Part shown: positions 34,766-38,733 of the stretch, piece after piece | Layout of the letters: the number at the start of each line of letters is the position of its first letter | Position numbering within the stretch: position 1 is the first letter of the stretch | DNA from: Candidatus Woesearchaeota archaeon | GTDB taxonomy: Archaea; Nanobdellota; Nanobdellia; Woesearchaeales; UBA12501 | Assembly (NCBI GenBank): GCA_016177345.1 | Contig: JACOVM010000072.1 | Location: forward strand, 1-38,733 | Reading direction: 5' to 3' | Length of the DNA stretch: 38,733 bases | The notes under the pieces: generated by a model | The model's input: the letters and a program-made list of their open reading frames with translations, nothing else | What the model was told of the DNA's origin: nothing | Databases searched by the model: none | Translations under genes and position numbers: made by a program

Positions 34766-35268
34766 TTCAGCTTAAGCAAACACTATGCGCACAGCATTTC
34801 CTGAATAGGCTAGTCGAGTTTTGAACTCCTTTATAAACATTGTGTTTTTTTGGCTGGCCCCGATAGGCTATTTCTCGACGAGAGTCTTGTTTTGGGACAG
34901 GCATACCAACAACATTCTAGAGCTGCTTTGGCTGTGGTATTTTTTGTCCAATAGTTCTAAAAATGAGATAAACATCCCTTTAAGTCAGGGGTTAGGGTGT
35001 GGGTTAAGGTGTTGCGTTCAGAAATACTAAGGAGGTACGACTCCAAATTCTGGAGCTCAACCCTGGCTAACTTGTCTTTGTCTCAGACTGATCCTGAGAC
35101 ATTGGTGATGCTATAATAGTGATGCCATAACGTTGATCTCTTTTTTCCCGTTATTTTCAGTCACGATCTTCTATGTCTCTTATAAGATTTCTATGGACGT
35201 CTAATCTCCATCAAAATCAACAACTTTAAATATCACATCTGTGCATCAGGCGGCAAGAATAACCGGAG

Positions 35269-35586
35269 GTGTTTCCTATTGTAACTTGCAATTCTTGTGA
35301 TGCTGAAGCAACAGGGTCAGACCTGTTCTGCAGGCAGTGCGGCGAAGAAATAGAGCACGATACTGATGTCGTCCAGTGTGACTGCAGCGCTGTTGTTGGA
35401 GAAAAAGACAATTATTGCCACGCCTGCGGCGCCGAGTTTAGCGGCACTGTTGAAGATGGCGGCGAAGATAGTGAAGATGATGAAGATTCAGACAATTCTG
35501 ACCATCAAGAGGACGATGGCGATGACGACGAAGATGATGGTGACGATAACGATGACACAGAGGAGGAGACGGAGGAGGAAGCTTAA
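35269..35586 (+). CDS. Double zinc-ribbon protein with acidic tail
   Basis: CxxC...FCxxCG...CxC...YCxxCG followed by ~45 aa dominated by D/E. Confidence 0.85.
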   Translation: MFPIVTCNSCDAEATGSDLFCRQCGEEIEHDTDVVQCDCSAVVGEKDNYCHACGAEFSGTVEDGGEDSEDDEDSDNSDHQEDDGDDDEDDGDDNDDTEEETEEEA

Positions 35587-35744
35587 GGCTTTCTCTCTTT
35601 CTTTTCTTCTTTTATGATCCTTCCATGATCATTGGCTGTACTGCCTTTCTATTTTTTATTTTTTCGATTTTTGACGTGTCAATCATCTCTCGCCATATTA
35701 ACGACATTAGAACAACATTACAGCAAACCTGTAGAATATGTTTT

Positions 35745-37073
35745 TCAGATTATGGGCTTACGACACCTGGCGTTTATGTTTATCTCAGGGCATAGGGCCT
35801 CAATTGCCCTCAGGTCGTACGTTGTGGTTTCCTGAACTTTTACCGATATAGTATCTCCAATATGGTAATCGCCGTGGACAATAATTGGCTTGTACGCATC
35901 ATTCCTGCCGACAAAGGAGCCGTTCTTTCCACGTTCATCAATAATGATGTTGCCTTCCCATTTGATCCATCCGTTATTCTGTTGGCGTGCAATGCTGTTG
36001 AATAGTTCTGTTACGCATTTAGATCGTTCTTTAACGAGGGTGGGATCGAGTTGGGGCATCATGGCTGCAGCTGTTCCAGGCCTGTCCCAGAATCGTGAGA
36101 TGTTTAAGACAGATGGCCTAGTATCATGTATCAGTCTGAGACTGTCTTGAAACTCTTCGTCAGTCTCTGTTGGAAACCCGACAATAATGTCAGTTGCGAT
36201 CGTTATTGCTGGAATTTCTTGCCGGAATCGAGTCGCTATTGTTTTGTATTCTTCAGCCGTGTATTCTCTCTTCATCAATTGCAAGATTCTATTATTTCCA
36301 CTTTGAGCAGGGAGGTGGAGGAATTTGAACATTTTCTGGTGTTTCATGATGCTGACGAGCTCGTCTAAGAAGCCAAGGATATGGTTCGGGTTTCCCATAC
36401 CAAGCCTCACCTTAAAATCACCTGAGACTCTTATTACTTCCTGGAGGAGATCGGGAAGCCTCAGTCCAATATCCTTTCCCCATGCCCCGGTATCTTCAGA
36501 AGTTAGCCATACTTCTTTAACCCCTTCCTCAACTGCCCTTTTTATTTGTCGGATAATATCTTCTTTAGGGTAGGATCGGAGTCGTCCCCTGGAGTGAAGG
36601 GTTTTACAGTATGTACAGCTTCCAAGACAGCCTGAGTTGATTGGTACAATCTCAACAATAGGGTTCCTTCGTACCTTTGGCTTGTTCAATGGTGATTCTT
36701 CTGGATTTCGCTGAAGAAGATGGATGGTTTCTCCTTGCAGTGTTTTTTCAACAGCATAAGCGATCTTGTCGTATTGGGTGACTCCCACTATGCTGGTATT
36801 TTTGAGGACTTCAGTGAGCAGGCTTGGCTGCCCTTGTGGAACACAACCAGTGATGATAGTTGGTTTTTTAAGTTGTGTTGCAGCTGCATTCATTGCCGTG
36901 AACATTTTTGCTTCTGCCCCATTTTTGACCGTACAAGAGTTGATAATGACAAGATCTGCTTCTTGCGCAGAGAACGCTTCTTCATACCCTGCTTGGACAA
37001 GTAAACCCATCATTAATTCAGAATCTGCTTGGTTATGGGTGCAGCCAAAGGTTTGGATAAAGATTCTTTCCAT
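35745..37073 (-). CDS. mtaB: tRNA t6A37 methylthiotransferase (archaeal MtaB/CDKAL1-like radical SAM)
   Basis: TFGCTHNQADSE, INSCTVK, GCLGSCTYC (CxxxCxxC), LTSEDTGAWG, GMGNP, DIIVGFPTET and a C-terminal TRAM domain. Confidence 0.9.
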   Translation of the reverse strand: MERIFIQTFGCTHNQADSELMMGLLVQAGYEEAFSAQEADLVIINSCTVKNGAEAKMFTAMNAAATQLKKPTIITGCVPQGQPSLLTEVLKNTSIVGVTQYDKIAYAVEKTLQGETIHLLQRNPEESPLNKPKVRRNPIVEIVPINSGCLGSCTYCKTLHSRGRLRSYPKEDIIRQIKRAVEEGVKEVWLTSEDTGAWGKDIGLRLPDLLQEVIRVSGDFKVRLGMGNPNHILGFLDELVSIMKHQKMFKFLHLPAQSGNNRILQLMKREYTAEEYKTIATRFRQEIPAITIATDIIVGFPTETDEEFQDSLRLIHDTRPSVLNISRFWDRPGTAAAMMPQLDPTLVKERSKCVTELFNSIARQQNNGWIKWEGNIIIDERGKNGSFVGRNDAYKPIIVHGDYHIGDTISVKVQETTTYDLRAIEALCPEININARCRKPII

Positions 37074-37250
37074 ATCATCTTGGAACGTTGTATTATTTTT
37101 ATATCTTCTCTTCCCATCCTCTTTTGGTTATTCATTCTCCTCTTGTATTGTTTCCACCAGCACAATCTTTAAATAGTCGAAACCATACTTGGATAGCTTA
37201 TTCGTCCTTATACCGAATATACGCTATAAGGAACAAACGAGGTGTGCAGC

Positions 37251-37469
37251 ATGCCAAAATACGTTGTTGATAGAAAAGAAGGATTGATGAAGAGCGGTAG
37301 GGAATACAAGGTAAAGGAAGTGGATGCGAAGGCTTCTGCCGCTAATCCCTTTATGGGTGCCGGTGGAGAAGGACTTCGACTCGTGACCGACTTGGACTTA
37401 TCGCGAGGCCATCTGTTTAGTGGAAGTATTGGCAAAGATGGTAAAGTAAAGTACGTCAAAAAAGCATAA
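37251..37469 (+). CDS. Small basic hypothetical protein (72 aa)
   Basis: GAGGTG SD before ATG 37251; T-rich tract after the stop. Confidence 0.7.
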   Translation: MPKYVVDRKEGLMKSGREYKVKEVDAKASAANPFMGAGGEGLRLVTDLDLSRGHLFSGSIGKDGKVKYVKKA

Positions 37470-37567
37470 TTCTTTTATCCTTTTTTTTGTTCTTTTCTGT
37501 TTTCTCTTTTTATCTTTTCTTTACCTTTCCTTTATTTTACCTTCACTTTATAATGCATATCCTCAAT

Positions 37568-38641
37568 TTAATACCCAGTTATCCAGAGTAGGGCGAGAAA
37601 GATTCCATAAAGAAGCAACAGCAGCCAACCCTCTATTTTTCTTGCTTTTCGTTCACTTCTCAAAAACCATAAGAGAAGAATGCTTAGCAGAATCATGTAT
37701 GGGACAGTAAACGTAATGCTGCCGGGTGGAATTTTAACAGGAGAAATAACTGCGCTGATGCCGAGCACTAAGAAGATATTGGTGATGTTGCTTCCAATAA
37801 TATTTCCTAAAAAAATATCAGTGGCCCCTTTTCGTATCGCGCTGATCGATACCCCTAGTTCAGGAAGGGAGGTGCCGATTGCAACGCCGGTGATGGCAAT
37901 AATTGTTTTGCTGACCTGAAAGCTTTCGGCAATGCCTATCAATCCCTTGAGGAGCAGTTTTGCGCCAACAATAACCCCGATAAACGTAAGCAAGAGAGTA
38001 GCCACATCCCAGATTATCTTTTTGTTTTTAACAAAAAATGTGGTATTAGGGCTGGTGCCGCGCCTTAACAGGCTTCGAAGTCCGCCATGAATTTTTTTAA
38101 CGTATTGGAACCTGAAGAAATAATGGAGAAAGTGCTTAAAACTTGCTATTTGCCCTGCCTTCAGATTATCAATAAGAAAGTAGAGGTATGCAACAAAGAG
38201 GCAAAGAAGGATAATCCCCTCAATTCTTAGAACGTACGTCATCTCGCTTAGGGATGGGATGATGCTTTTAGCCATAAACAGGTAAGCAAGAAAGCAGGAA
38301 AAGAGCATGATGAACCCGTCACGTTCCAAGAACGGCTTCTTCATGAGTATCTTTCCGCTAAGAATTCCAAGGCCGGTAATAAGCCCTATATTTGCAATAT
38401 TACTCCCGATGGTTGTTCCAATAACGACGTCGCCCATGCTGCTGGCGCTGGTTTGGAGGGAGGCAAAAATACTAGTGGCAAGTTCTGGGAGGTTTGTTCC
38501 TATTCCGACAATGGTCAGCCCGATAAAGAAATCAGATACGCCAAAGATGGCGGCAATCTTTGCCGAATACTCCACGAACCAGTCAGAGCTTTTCACAAGA
38601 AGAATCAGCCCGGTCAGGAAAAACACTAATGCTTCAATCAT
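37568..38641 (-). CDS. Ca2+/Na+ antiporter (CaCA/YrbG family)
   Basis: Two alpha repeats GTNLPEL...GSNIAN and GTSLPEL...GNIIGSNITN; about 10 TM helices. Confidence 0.95.
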   Translation of the reverse strand: MIEALVFFLTGLILLVKSSDWFVEYSAKIAAIFGVSDFFIGLTIVGIGTNLPELATSIFASLQTSASSMGDVVIGTTIGSNIANIGLITGLGILSGKILMKKPFLERDGFIMLFSCFLAYLFMAKSIIPSLSEMTYVLRIEGIILLCLFVAYLYFLIDNLKAGQIASFKHFLHYFFRFQYVKKIHGGLRSLLRRGTSPNTTFFVKNKKIIWDVATLLLTFIGVIVGAKLLLKGLIGIAESFQVSKTIIAITGVAIGTSLPELGVSISAIRKGATDIFLGNIIGSNITNIFLVLGISAVISPVKIPPGSITFTVPYMILLSILLLWFLRSERKARKIEGWLLLLLYGIFLALLWITGY

Positions 38642-38733
38642 AGTCTACCTTTTTTGGCATATCGGGCACATCATGTCTCGGCGAGAATATATCCTTATTA
38701 TCCTTATCAGAATATATCTCATAAATATATCAA

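Noticed and set aside
1..38733. tRNA or rRNA genes
   Set aside because: No cloverleaf with a proper T-loop and no conserved rRNA segments found by eye.

Overview
The window is most consistent with a DPANN archaeon (Woesearchaeota/Pacearchaeota-like); this is inferred from archaeal Pth2, an archaeal MtaB-type tRNA methylthiotransferase, TATA boxes about 23-25 nt before leaderless ATGs, GAGGTG(A) ribosome-binding sites, DUF4258/DUF2283 and RelE toxin-antitoxin pairs, and Cys-rich surface proteins. The standout is a ~4 kb island (about 28230-32290, all on the minus strand) unlike the rest of the window. It holds two small overlapping ORFs with SD sites and a 468-aa orphan ORF with near-exclusive G/C third positions and a bacterial-type GAAAGGA SD. 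After that ORF come a CTAGCTAGCTAG stop in all three frames, ~1.35 kb of back-to-back hairpins, a small ORF and a terminal hairpin. A two-hairpin module occurs four times in the island: three copies at ~254-nt spacing downstream of the big ORF and one just upstream of it. The copies show compensatory base changes and G-U pairs that favour a minus-strand RNA, while their loops are unrelated. Other notable items are a GHKL ATPase plus pseudo-GHKL/transglutaminase membrane pair, a secreted class A beta-lactamase-fold protein with SPOR-like repeats, a duplicated 31-nt promoter heading toxin-antitoxin cassettes, two nested hairpin elements of matching geometry, and small peptides missing from the ORF track. 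All family calls are from motif recognition by eye; no database search or folding program was run.
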